Shown here: piece by piece, positions 44,573-54,341 of the stretch
How the letters are laid out: each line of letters starts with the position of its first letter
How positions within the stretch are numbered: the stretch's first letter is position 1
Made by a program: the position numbers and the translations under genes
The notes under the pieces: model-generated
The model's input: the letters and a program-made list of their open reading frames with translations, nothing else
What the model was told of the DNA's origin: nothing
Databases searched by the model: none
Source: Desulfurococcaceae archaeon
GTDB taxonomy: Archaea; Thermoproteota; Thermoprotei_A; Sulfolobales; Desulfurococcaceae
Length of the DNA: 64,000 bases
Assembly (NCBI GenBank): GCA_038889555.1
Contig: JAWAHD010000001.1
Coordinates: forward strand, 1,016-65,015
Direction of reading: 5' to 3'

Positions 44573-47224
44573 ATGATTAAAGGAAGGCGCCACCTGGAAT
44601 TGCTAAATTACATTTTTTTTGCTATGATTTGTGCAGTAATCGCGTTAAACCCGCTGGAAGCTTTATCTTTAAATACCATTCCGCCCGATGGCGACTCTAG
44701 AGCGCATATATACAGAACCCACGCATTTTGGGAAGACTTTATTAAGAACAAAGGATTAAGTCTTAGACAGTACAATGGAATGATCATGCTTACCTATGCT
44801 CCACTATTCTACGTGATTCTATTTTTACCATCACTATTATCTGGACCCGTACTCGCATATAAAATAGGAAGAGTTCTCACCGTAGTATTGTATCTTCTGG
44901 CTACCGCTATGTTATCACGTAAACTAGGTTTTGCCAAAGAAACAACCCTTATTGCCATGGCGATTCTCGCATCCTTTCCTACAGTAATGAGTTTGTACTA
45001 TAGCGGTGCATTCCCATACCTACTCTCATGGAGCTTAACTCTGATGTCCTTCTCAATACTTCTGGAGTATGAGAGAACACGTCGAAAGGAGCTACTTTTA
45101 GCTTCAGGATTTATTGGTGGATTATCTGTTCTTTCTCATAGCTATGGTACAATAAATATTTCATTACTTTTGCTAGCTTGGTTCTTTACCGGTTTCCGTA
45201 AGAATCTTATGAAGGTTGTTACGGCTATTCTTACGTATCTTGGAATAGCTTTTCTGGTATCATTACCATATGTAGTTTCAATGTTATTAACACTCAATGA
45301 TGCATCTCCACTTTACGAGTATTCTCCTGGTAGATTTTCTCTATTACTGGAGACAGAATATTTAAGCATTGATGTAGTTAGCCTAATAATGGCATCGTTG
45401 TGCTTATATGTGGCTATACGCTTATTCAGAATAAACGATAATCATTCAGGGAAACAAGTTATTTCACACTTTTTATTGCTCTCTACCATTTTTCCTCTCG
45501 TGTTTCTTGCTTTGGCATCATTTAACATTCAAAACATGGCTGCAATAAACAGAATAGCGAAACTTGTATTACCGTGGAGGTTTTTATACGTTAACTGTCC
45601 AACTTTCCTTATACTCAGTTTAGAGCCGAGCATGAGAAAGGTGATTGTATTAAAGAATAGGTTTCTCGGTTACTTGACTTTGGGAATAATCTTATTAGTG
45701 TCGTTGCTAGCCAATTTAATAATCACATCAACAATATTTCCCTATGAAAAAACAATAAACGAAGCCTTCCCGGGCCTTACTGAGGTGATAAAAAACAACC
45801 GTGTTCTTGTAGTAGGTGTTCCTTTAATTCTTACCAATAGCCCGGTGGTTTTTTCTTCAATGTATGATTACGAAACATCTACAGGTTCTTACAATCAGGG
45901 TGATCCGACCTTCTTTGACCTAACAGTCTATTACGAGTGGGTAACGAACCTAGTGAAGAGTCCAGTAGTTCTTGAAAATATCTTGGAGTTAACAAGGTCT
46001 AATTACATATTCACAGACCTAGATATAGGTGTAAACTTTACTCCGATCAGCGAAGAGCTGATCTCGAGGAAGTGTTCATTGAAGATCACCGTACTTACCG
46101 AGTTTAATTACCATAGATTACAATGTAGCCTAAATGAACACTTGGTTTTAGAAAAATTCAATGGAGTTCTAATAAAGTTAATGAGCGCTGAAGATAACAT
46201 CATGAGAGTCGTCGTTGTTCAAGAGGATAATCAAGAGCTGGAAATGGTCACATTGTATAGCGCTATTGATGAAAATAGAAATACCTTACGCATTTTTCAA
46301 CTTCCTCGTTCTAAGTTGAATGAACGTGTAACCGTGAAGGACATAATCATTGATATATGGGTTGACAAATTATTACCAAATTCTTCACTAAATATAGAAA
46401 TGTACCTAGTCTCTATCAACTTAGTCAAAGTAGCTGATTATCACTACAGAGGATACAACTTTACTCTCTATGAGTATTGCAGAAAACCTCCGATGGCGAT
46501 TTCATCAAAGGTCGTGGTATTTGACACAGATCCCGAACTACCAAGGGTGTTAACACTCTTTGCTCTGGATGGTCATAAATTTGTGTTCTTATCTGTAGAG
46601 CAAGAGGTTCCAAAAGACCTTATAGCAGGTGTTATAACGATTAGAATGGATAAAGCTGACGAATACGTTAAAAACGGGTATAGAACAATTCTTCTAATGT
46701 CTGGTGATACTTTTAATGTGAGAAATCAAACAGAACTCTTTGCTATTGTTGAAACCCCCTTGTTTAGTTCACGGTTACTACCGTACGACCCAGGTAATCC
46801 TTATACGTATGCGAAATGGGATAAGAATTTAACTATGGATAGCCTTCAGCGTATTGTTTACGAATCTTCGAAACTTTTAAGCTACATTAAGGAGTTTATG
46901 GAGATAAAAGTAGAAGAAATTGACGCCTCTATAAAATCATCTCCACCGGAATTCCATATCGAGGTACGAAAGGATAGAGTGTACTTAGTTAAGTTAGCAT
47001 ACGCGTCTCATTGGAGTTCTAACGCGAAGCTCTTAAGATCACCAACAGGATTCATAGTAGTTGTTCCAGAAGAGGAAGGTGAGGTTAAGGTAACATGGAA
47101 CCCACCAATGATACGAGAGCTAACCATATTCAGTATATCATCATCTACGATAGTTTTAATCTACATTATTTTACACTATAGAAAGAAGAACAATAGTATA
47201 AAGCTTGTAAAACTTCAATCTTAA
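44573..47224 (+). CDS. 883-aa polytopic membrane protein, GT-C-like topology (possible glycosyltransferase)
   Basis: About 12 N-terminal TM helices with a first-loop DGD motif (PPDGDSRAHIY), an about 450-aa soluble domain with many N-x-S/T sequons, and a C-terminal TM anchor. No WWDYG motif, so not called AglB. Confidence 0.45.
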   Translation: MIKGRRHLELLNYIFFAMICAVIALNPLEALSLNTIPPDGDSRAHIYRTHAFWEDFIKNKGLSLRQYNGMIMLTYAPLFYVILFLPSLLSGPVLAYKIGRVLTVVLYLLATAMLSRKLGFAKETTLIAMAILASFPTVMSLYYSGAFPYLLSWSLTLMSFSILLEYERTRRKELLLASGFIGGLSVLSHSYGTINISLLLLAWFFTGFRKNLMKVVTAILTYLGIAFLVSLPYVVSMLLTLNDASPLYEYSPGRFSLLLETEYLSIDVVSLIMASLCLYVAIRLFRINDNHSGKQVISHFLLLSTIFPLVFLALASFNIQNMAAINRIAKLVLPWRFLYVNCPTFLILSLEPSMRKVIVLKNRFLGYLTLGIILLVSLLANLIITSTIFPYEKTINEAFPGLTEVIKNNRVLVVGVPLILTNSPVVFSSMYDYETSTGSYNQGDPTFFDLTVYYEWVTNLVKSPVVLENILELTRSNYIFTDLDIGVNFTPISEELISRKCSLKITVLTEFNYHRLQCSLNEHLVLEKFNGVLIKLMSAEDNIMRVVVVQEDNQELEMVTLYSAIDENRNTLRIFQLPRSKLNERVTVKDIIIDIWVDKLLPNSSLNIEMYLVSINLVKVADYHYRGYNFTLYEYCRKPPMAISSKVVVFDTDPELPRVLTLFALDGHKFVFLSVEQEVPKDLIAGVITIRMDKADEYVKNGYRTILLMSGDTFNVRNQTELFAIVETPLFSSRLLPYDPGNPYTYAKWDKNLTMDSLQRIVYESSKLLSYIKEFMEIKVEEIDASIKSSPPEFHIEVRKDRVYLVKLAYASHWSSNAKLLRSPTGFIVVVPEEEGEVKVTWNPPMIRELTIFSISSSTIVLIYIILHYRKKNNSIKLVKLQS

Positions 47225-47576
47225 ATCGCATAATACGATGAACCTTACAAGGCCTAAATCAACTTCTTCACTAATTTCGAATTTTTAGGAAAACATGCGT
47301 ATTCAATGTCTACTTAATAAGCGCCTTCAAATGAAAGATGAAACTTGCATTTTCTATCAGTGAACCCGTGCGCTGGAGAACTAGTGTATATCGGATAAGT
47401 TTCCCAGCATGTTCATGTCAGGTAGCGACGTTTAAATACTAGTCTTTACAGTTGATAAATCCTTTCAAAGTATTTTTACAGGTAGAAAGCACAAGCCGTA
47501 TTAACGAGGAGGCTCTTCCAAGGAATCAAAGCAACAAGTGTATTAACGGACCTTAGTTACTAGTAAGTAAGACAAG

Positions 47577-47625
47577 CGGGCCCGCCGGGATTTGAACCCG
47601 GGTTCTCCGGCTCTGCATGCTGGGG
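47577..47625 (-). other. orphan tRNA 3' half (anticodon-stem 3' strand, variable loop, T-arm, acceptor 3' strand)
   Basis: The - strand reads ...CCAGC-AUGCAGA-GCCGG-AGAAC-CCGGG-UUCAAAU-CCCGG-CGGGCCC-G. The matching 5' acceptor GGGCCCG and a D-arm are absent from the about 100 nt upstream. Confidence 0.6.
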
Positions 47626-47939
47626 CTCGTTTGGATTAGTTCCTGTGTTCACGCGGGGATGGAAACTGGTTACATTTTTGATTGTTTATGTGAGTGTGTT
47701 TTAACGCTTCGAACATTTTAATTAGGAAGGGCTCGCTCATCGACGTGGGTGAGAGGAGAATAGTGCGTGTTGGCTCGAAGAAAGAAAGGTACTTGATATA
47801 CCTCCCTATAGGGCGCATCTACATCTGGAGAAGCTGCTGGACGATTGGAATAAAGCAGAGGAGCTCATCAAATACATTGATGAGATCTTCGCCGAATTCA
47901 GCGTGCCAAAGAGTTCCTGATCATGACAGATCCCAAGAA

Positions 47940-48959
47940 ATCCAAAACATAGAGAAATTGGTTGCAAAGCCCGGTACTAGATACATACCCACGTTTCAGA
48001 TGGTTCTAGGGACAGATGTAATGGTTCAAATAGTAAGCAATATAACAAGATATCTCGAGGAGAGAAATGCCAAGATCTCCACTTTAATTAGCGTAGAGGA
48101 CATAAGGCGAGATCATGGAGGTTTTAAGTTGATTGCAATTAGGGGCGAATTTTATGTTAAAAAGCTATTAATAGCTTCGGGACGTGGTGGGGGTAAAATG
48201 GTTTGAGGAGGTAACGATGACGATAGGCATAGAGATCGAGTCAGGGCCCCTGGACATCGGTGCCGGAGTTGAAATATTATAGTTATGTAGCAGAGCATAT
48301 TACAAGCATAAATCACACCCCAAGACCGTCATGTACACCAAGGTATATGACGATATGGTTAGAACTTTTTGCACTAATCCACAAGGCTAGTACTCAAGGA
48401 ATACTGTGATGATGGTACGATCGGGGTTAACGGCGAGACATATTGAGTATTCAAATCAAAGAACACTAACTTCGCATTACTAATCACTCTAAGGTCGACT
48501 GATCCATACTCGGATGTTCTCGAATCGGCTAAATCGATTGCTAGAGTAGCGACAAGAGTGGGCATAGGGAAACCCATTATACAGAGATTAGGGAATTTAG
48601 AAAAAGACAGGAGAAGTACATGGGAAAGGACCTCTAGGAATGTTATAACCCCAACTCTGAAAAATGTAACACCTGGGGATATAAGCATATTTCTACCACA
48701 CCGAGTTATACAGAATTTTCTTGAAGTCATAGAAAGACTTGATGGAATATATCCAGGTGTAGCATCTCCACAAACACTTCTATATGTCCCTGAGATAAAA
48801 TAATATTATGGTGTGAAGGCAAAGACAGACTACTGCAAACTGGAAACAAACATTGAAGGCACATTCGTGACCGGGGATGGTGTAGGGCTTTCAAGAGGGA
48901 TAAACGTGGTAGCTACTACTGGCATCTTGGCGGCTAGGGCCATATCAGGTGTTCTTTAG
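47940..48959 (+). pseudogene. disrupted FAD-dependent dehydrogenase gene (COG2509-like), 5'-truncated
   Basis: Homologous reading passes through KPGTRYIPTFQMVLGTDVMVQIVSNITRYLEERNAKI...GEFYVKKLLIASGRGG, then frame shifts (about 48207 and about 48388), then VRTFCTNPQG. In-frame stops lie at 48204, 48444 and 48801. The C-terminus [34 protein letters not shown] is intact. No GxGxxG N-terminus. Confidence 0.6.
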
Positions 48960-49194
48960 CATGTATATGCCGAGTGATGTGTTGATAAGTTTATAAATAA
49001 AACACTGCATAAAAAGACTTATGGACTTCGTCAATTTTGTCAAACTATTTTCGCTGGATGAGTTATTTAGAGACTCATGTTATGCTTTTCTCTGTATTGA
49101 AAGTAAGTGGATTGAAGAATAGTTGGGTTTATAAAACCTCTTTTTATACAGAGTTTTATCTAGCAAGAATTTTTCAATATAAATTATACAAAAA

Positions 49195-49210
49195 TTAATC
49201 AATTGATTAA
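49195..49210. promoter_or_regulatory. perfect 16-bp palindrome TTAATCAATTGATTAA upstream of the pur operon
   Basis: Exact inverted repeat about 123 bp upstream of the purC start, inside a 370-bp AT-rich gap. TATA-like CTATATATAC lies at 49286-49295. Confidence 0.3.
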
Positions 49211-49332
49211 AGGATCCTGAATCCCAATATTGTGGGTTCACAGAGTTATTTATTTGATAATGTAACGAAAGTTTTTAATCTATACCTATATATACATCTA
49301 CACATCCTGAAGTAGGAAAGGTGTATTGAATC

Positions 49333-50067
49333 TTGCTTACCTTAATATATAGAGGGAAAAGCAAAACCCTTTATCAACATCCTACAATACCGAATGCGTT
49401 GATTATGAAATTCGAAGATGATGTTACAGCGGCTGATGGAGCTATCAGGATGATTGCGAAAGGTAAAGGATTATTGAATGCCAGGATCAGTGCTTATTTC
49501 TTCAAGTTACTAGAGAATAATGGAGTAAGAACACATATGATAAGCTACGATAACTCTGATACTATGGTGGTTAAGAAACTTAAAATGATCCCGCTTGAAG
49601 TGGTCATTAGGAATTACGCATATGGTTCGCAATTGAAAAGAATGCCTTTGTTTAAAGCATTACAGCCGCTTAAACCGCCCATAATAGAATATCACTACAA
49701 GAGCGATGAATTACATGATCCCCTTGTCCTACGCGAGGATGTAATATATGCAGGTGTTGTGACTGAAAGACAACTGAGATTAATAGAAGACCTTTCCCTT
49801 AAAATAAACAGCATAATGACAAATGACATGGAGAAAAAGGGCATTAAGCTCATTGACCTCAAATTAGAGTTCGGCTTTGACGAGAACGGCGAGATCGTGG
49901 TCGGAGACGAGATTACAGGGGATACTTTCAGGGCTCTGGATGAGAAAGGGGAGCACTTGGATAAAGAGATCTTTAGGAAAACCAAGAACGTACAACTATT
50001 GATCAAGAGATATATAGAGTTAGGCAAGCGATTAGGGGTATCCATCGAGGGGGTTGAAGACTACTGA
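49333..50067 (+). CDS. purC: SAICAR synthetase
   Basis: LIYRGKSKTLYQ N-terminus, and the LIDLKLEFG / GDEITGDTFR motifs typical of PurC. TTG start with GGTG upstream. Confidence 0.9.
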   Translation: MLTLIYRGKSKTLYQHPTIPNALIMKFEDDVTAADGAIRMIAKGKGLLNARISAYFFKLLENNGVRTHMISYDNSDTMVVKKLKMIPLEVVIRNYAYGSQLKRMPLFKALQPLKPPIIEYHYKSDELHDPLVLREDVIYAGVVTERQLRLIEDLSLKINSIMTNDMEKKGIKLIDLKLEFGFDENGEIVVGDEITGDTFRALDEKGEHLDKEIFRKTKNVQLLIKRYIELGKRLGVSIEGVEDY

Positions 50068-50077
50068 GGTATTACAT

Positions 50078-51340
50078 ATGCCTATAGGCATGGTAGCCAT
50101 AATGCCTTTTGAAGAGGGCTGGGATCTCAGGCCATATTTACACTATGCTTTCTTAGGACTACAGCATAGGGGAGGCGATAACAAGGTCTACTGTACACTC
50201 GTGGATAATAGGCCATTATGCATGGAATATGAGGGAGAGGGGATCTCACAGGGTATTTCAAAGCCCGTTGTGGCATTTACATCATCAGATGAGCCATCAA
50301 AGCATTGGCTGGAGATCGAGAGAAACGGAATTAGACTTGTAGCAATATATGATAGGTTCACAGATGACCTGGAGTTATTATTAAATAAGTTATTGGAGAG
50401 ATCAACTAATATAGTCAACGAAGCTGGACGTGTAGTAAGAGATTTGACGAATAGCATGGATCTAGATATACCGTCGTTCATTGCTTTAACGAGTAGAGGA
50501 GAGATATTGTCGATGAGGAGTAATCTCGGTATTTCGCCACTGGTTATAGGAGGGTATGGATTCGACCTTGCAATAGTTTCATCGGAGTCTTCGCTAGTAG
50601 ACATATTGGATAGTGATATAAGGAGACACGTTAAGCCGGGTGAAATGCTCTACATTGCTAAGTCGTTGTTCAAGGTGTTTGAATCGAACATGGATAATGG
50701 CTCGCTATGTGTTTTTGAACCACTATACCTGGCTAGGCACGACTCCATTATAGATTACAATATACATGTATACGAGTTTAGGAAAGAGTTAGGCCGAGAA
50801 CTGGCTAGGGGCTTTAACAACGAGATCGATATTGTTGTTGGGGTCCCAGAGACAGCATATCCATATGCAATTGGATTAGCGCGCGAACTCCGTAAGCCGT
50901 TTGAACTGGGCTTTCATCCAACACCTGGTAGATATAGGTCTATGCTTAAGAGAACTGGGACAGAGAGATTAATAGCTATACACTTGAAAATGAACCCTAT
51001 TAGAAAGGTATTAGAGGGTAAGAGAATAGCGCTTGTTGATGACAGCATGGTCACGGGCACCACTATTAAGACCATTTCTCAAATACTACGCAATAAGGTA
51101 GGGGTCGAGGAAATACACCTTTTAATAGCCAGTCCTCGGTTGACAAGAAGTTGTCCGTATGGTTACATGTATATAGATGAGAAATTGTTAATAGCTTCAA
51201 ATCTTAGCGAGGACGCGATAGTCAAGTACCTGGAGGTGGATAGCTTGACATGGCTAAGCGAGGATAGCTTAGACCACGTAGCTAGGGCTTGTAATATACG
51301 CCTATGTGGGAGGTGTTTTGGGAGACGATTCTTCGGGTGA
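50078..51340 (+). CDS. amidophosphoribosyltransferase paralogue lacking the N-terminal Cys nucleophile
   Basis: Begins MPIGMVAI... where PurF has MCGIVG. Retains LGLQHRGGD and the PRT motif RIALVDDSMVTGTTIKT, plus C-terminal Cys residues. Confidence 0.7.
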   Translation: MPIGMVAIMPFEEGWDLRPYLHYAFLGLQHRGGDNKVYCTLVDNRPLCMEYEGEGISQGISKPVVAFTSSDEPSKHWLEIERNGIRLVAIYDRFTDDLELLLNKLLERSTNIVNEAGRVVRDLTNSMDLDIPSFIALTSRGEILSMRSNLGISPLVIGGYGFDLAIVSSESSLVDILDSDIRRHVKPGEMLYIAKSLFKVFESNMDNGSLCVFEPLYLARHDSIIDYNIHVYEFRKELGRELARGFNNEIDIVVGVPETAYPYAIGLARELRKPFELGFHPTPGRYRSMLKRTGTERLIAIHLKMNPIRKVLEGKRIALVDDSMVTGTTIKTISQILRNKVGVEEIHLLIASPRLTRSCPYGYMYIDEKLLIASNLSEDAIVKYLEVDSLTWLSEDSLDHVARACNIRLCGRCFGRRFFG

Positions 51341-51345
51341 TATGC

Positions 51346-52851
51346 ATGAAAGTGTTGATAATCGGCTCGGGAGCTCGGGAACACGTCTTAGCCAAGTTCG
51401 TTTTGAAAAGCACCATCGGTGCTAAGCTGTATTCAATCGCTGATTATGTTAATCCAGGGTTAAAACGCGAATCGGAGAGAACAGGGGGTAGGTTATATGT
51501 GGCTAATACGCTTAGTCCAGATCAAATTGTCAAAATAGCAGAGAAGATATCGCCTGACCTTGTGGTGATAGGGCCGGAGGAACCACAGTTCGCGGGTGTC
51601 ACAGACGCCCTAAGAGAGAGCGGTTTCACAGTTTTTGGGGCTTCCAAGAAACTCTCAATTATAGAGCAGAGCAAGGTGTTTGCAAGGAGTTTTATGTGGA
51701 AACATAAAATACCAGGTAGATTGTTTTTCCAGGCATTTAGGGACTTTAGTGAGGCAGAGGAGTTCATGAAATATGCTGGCGATGTAGTGGTTAAGCCAGC
51801 TAGACAAGTTGGAGGAAAAGGTGTCAGGGTATTGAGGGATACGAGAGCATATCTATCATCCGAGAAATCAAAGATCAAGCAAGCAGCCGCCCTTGATGTA
51901 TTAAACGAGATGAAACATTACGATGACATTGAATACAAGATACTTGTGGAGCAAAGGGTTGAAGGGGTTGAATATACCGTCCACGTGATCACAGATGGCT
52001 ATAATTTCGTTTCATTACCCGTTATACAGGATCATCCGCATGCTTTCGAGTGGGATATAGGCCCAGAGACGGGTGGAATGGGGTGTATAGCCGGCCCAGG
52101 CAAAACACCACCTTTCCTGACTATCGAGGAGTACGATAGGAGCGTTGAGATAGTCTCGGATATAATTAGGAAATTATCCGAGGAAATGAGAGAACGATAC
52201 ACAGGCGTTCTAGCTGGTCAAATGATGTTGACGTGGTTCTGGGGGCCAACAATAATAGAATTCTACAGTAGGTTTGGAGACCCAGAGATCACTGCAATAC
52301 TTCCCTTGGTCGAGAGCGATTTCTTGGAATTACTGGATCGCGCCGCTAATAGAAGATTAGCTGGCTACAAGCTCGTAATAAACGAGGAAAAAGTATCAAT
52401 AGTGAAGGTCGTGGCGCCTCTAGGCTATCCTTCTCATAGAAAGGAGGCAACAGGTCACCCACTTCAAGTGGATGAGGCCCGTATAATGGATCTAGGGTGC
52501 GATGTAGTATATGGCAGTGTAGAACTAGGGGATAACGGCATCGTAACAAAGGGTTCGCGTTCAGTGGAGATCGTGTGTGTCGACGACGGTTATCCAAGTG
52601 CATATGAAAAAGCAGAGAAAGCCGTTTCGTACGTTAGATCGCTAGATGAATGGCCTCTTTTCCATAGGAGTGATATAGGCTCACATGAGTTATTGCGTGA
52701 AAGGATCAGCTTAGCTGAGAGAGTTAGAAGGATATATAAGTATAGGGCCTCAAAGGGCCTTTTAGGCGAGTACTATGTGTGGATCCCATCCAAAGGGCTG
52801 TTTTCAAATCCCCTTATAGTTCTCTTGGGTGGGTTAAATGAATCCACGTGA
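51346..52851 (+). CDS. purD: phosphoribosylamine-glycine ligase (GAR synthetase)
   Basis: [16 protein letters not shown] canonical start (ATG 51346, 6 nt after the upstream stop). ATP-grasp core. The C-terminus is about 60 aa longer than usual. Confidence 0.9.
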   Translation: MKVLIIGSGAREHVLAKFVLKSTIGAKLYSIADYVNPGLKRESERTGGRLYVANTLSPDQIVKIAEKISPDLVVIGPEEPQFAGVTDALRESGFTVFGASKKLSIIEQSKVFARSFMWKHKIPGRLFFQAFRDFSEAEEFMKYAGDVVVKPARQVGGKGVRVLRDTRAYLSSEKSKIKQAAALDVLNEMKHYDDIEYKILVEQRVEGVEYTVHVITDGYNFVSLPVIQDHPHAFEWDIGPETGGMGCIAGPGKTPPFLTIEEYDRSVEIVSDIIRKLSEEMRERYTGVLAGQMMLTWFWGPTIIEFYSRFGDPEITAILPLVESDFLELLDRAANRRLAGYKLVINEEKVSIVKVVAPLGYPSHRKEATGHPLQVDEARIMDLGCDVVYGSVELGDNGIVTKGSRSVEIVCVDDGYPSAYEKAEKAVSYVRSLDEWPLFHRSDIGSHELLRERISLAERVRRIYKYRASKGLLGEYYVWIPSKGLFSNPLIVLLGGLNEST

Positions 52852-54067
52852 CAAGATCCCTTTAACTACTCTCTCCAAGCCATTAAAAGTATTGCTATTG
52901 GGTAGCGGCGAACTCGGTAAAGAGGTCGCTATAGAGGCCATTAGATTAGGATTTGAAGTAATAGCAGTGGATAGGTATGACATGGCACCAGCAATGCATG
53001 TATCTAGCCGTAGATATGTCGTAGACATGTTGAACGAGAATGCTGTGAAAACCCTTGTCAGACGCGAAAATCCCGATGTGATAATACCGGAGATAGAAGC
53101 CATAGCCGCCGACGCGTTAATAGACCTCGAGAAAGAGGGCTATCACATAGTGCCAAACGCCATGGCTGTCAAAATAGCTATGAATAGGATCGAATTGAGG
53201 AAATTTGCCGCCGAGAAACTAGGCTTACCCACCACTAGGTATTACTTCGCCGAGAACCATGAAGAGGCAATTGAAGGATGCGAGAAAGTTGGATACCCAT
53301 GTATAATAAAGCCGGAGATGAGTAGTAGTGGACATGGCCATGTCAAGGTCATGGAATTTAATAGAGAGAAAATAATCAGTGCATATAATTATGCGATATC
53401 ACATGCAAGAGGTAAGAGCAAAAGAGTTATTATCGAAGAATTCGTACCCCTTGAAACAGAGTTCACAGTGTTGACATATAGGTATCTTGGCCCAGATGGA
53501 AAAGTGATCACAGAAACTTGCGAGCCCGTAGAGCACTGGAGATATGGGAAATATCATTACATAGAGTCATGGCAACCATCAGATAAGCCGACCAATGTAT
53601 TAGAGAAGGCAAGAGAAATAGGCATTAAGGTGGCGAACGGCTTAGGGGGCCTTGGCATATTTGGGGTCGAAGTGTTCTTGACAACAGACGGGAGAGTGTT
53701 GTTCAGCGAAGTCGCGCCCAGGCCACATGACACCGGCATGGTGACTATGGTTACACAGGAATTGAGCGAGTTCGCTATACATGTGAGGGCTGCAGTGGGG
53801 TTACCTGTGCCAAGGCCCAAGATCATATCACCTGGTGCAAGCATAGCCTACTATGTCGATGAAGACAATGCATGGGATTGTAGCCTGAGCGGTGTTTCAA
53901 AGGCGCTGTCGATTCCCGGCGTGGACATAAGGGTATTTGGAAAACCATATACTTATAGAGATCGACGAATGGCAGTGATCCTGGCAAGGGGTAATAATGT
54001 AAAGGAAGCCCTTGAAAAAGCCCGCCTAGCTCATAGCTACCTAGGCACACTTTGTCCTGGTGATTGA
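52838..54067 (+). CDS. purT: formate-dependent GAR transformylase
   Basis: [39 protein letters not shown] closely parallels the E. coli PurT N-terminus (recalled). Confidence 0.9.
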   Translation: MNPRDKIPLTTLSKPLKVLLLGSGELGKEVAIEAIRLGFEVIAVDRYDMAPAMHVSSRRYVVDMLNENAVKTLVRRENPDVIIPEIEAIAADALIDLEKEGYHIVPNAMAVKIAMNRIELRKFAAEKLGLPTTRYYFAENHEEAIEGCEKVGYPCIIKPEMSSSGHGHVKVMEFNREKIISAYNYAISHARGKSKRVIIEEFVPLETEFTVLTYRYLGPDGKVITETCEPVEHWRYGKYHYIESWQPSDKPTNVLEKAREIGIKVANGLGGLGIFGVEVFLTTDGRVLFSEVAPRPHDTGMVTMVTQELSEFAIHVRAAVGLPVPRPKIISPGASIAYYVDEDNAWDCSLSGVSKALSIPGVDIRVFGKPYTYRDRRMAVILARGNNVKEALEKARLAHSYLGTLCPGD

Positions 54068-54341
54068 TATGGGGATTTACAAGGTAGGCGTGGTGGTTAA
54101 GTACAAGAAAGGTCTCAGAGATCCGGAGAGCGAGGTAATATACAAAGACCTCGTACTCAAGAAAGGATATAACATGATTAAAAAAGTGGAAACAGGTAAG
54201 TTCTTCCTACTAGATGTTGAGGCCGATAGTTTTGAAGAAGCGGAGAGAATTGTGAAAGAGATGTGCGAGAAACTAAGGATCTATAACCCAATTGTGCACA
54301 GCCTCGAGGTATTCGAGTATGGCAAGGGTGGCGGTGATTAG
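54060..54341 (+). CDS. purS: FGAM synthase subunit PurS
   Basis: About 90 aa, with [24 protein letters not shown], immediately upstream of purQ/purL. The start is GTG 54060 or ATG 54069. Confidence 0.85.
   Translation: MIDMGIYKVGVVVKYKKGLRDPESEVIYKDLVLKKGYNMIKKVETGKFFLLDVEADSFEEAERIVKEMCEKLRIYNPIVHSLEVFEYGKGGGD

Noticed and set aside
44573-47224. Calling the 883-aa membrane protein the oligosaccharyltransferase AglB.
   Set aside because: The diagnostic WWDYG motif is not present anywhere in the translation. Only the generic GT-C-like topology is supported.
47577-47700. Interpretation of the tRNA-like segment as a complete tRNA-Cys(GCA) gene (loop AUGCAGA).
   Set aside because: The putative anticodon stem has an A-C mismatch (CCAGC/GCCGG). 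No 5' acceptor strand (GGGCCCG) or D-arm exists in the upstream about 100 nt. Only the 3' half is credible.
47694-48206. 170-aa ORF as an intact gene.
   Set aside because: It is a chimeric reading. The N-terminal part is unrelated and frameshifted, and the C-terminal part is one fragment of the disrupted FAD-dependent dehydrogenase. It ends at a premature TGA.
48374-48730. 118-aa - strand ORF.
   Set aside because: It is antisense to the colinear dehydrogenase pseudogene frame, with no recognisable features.
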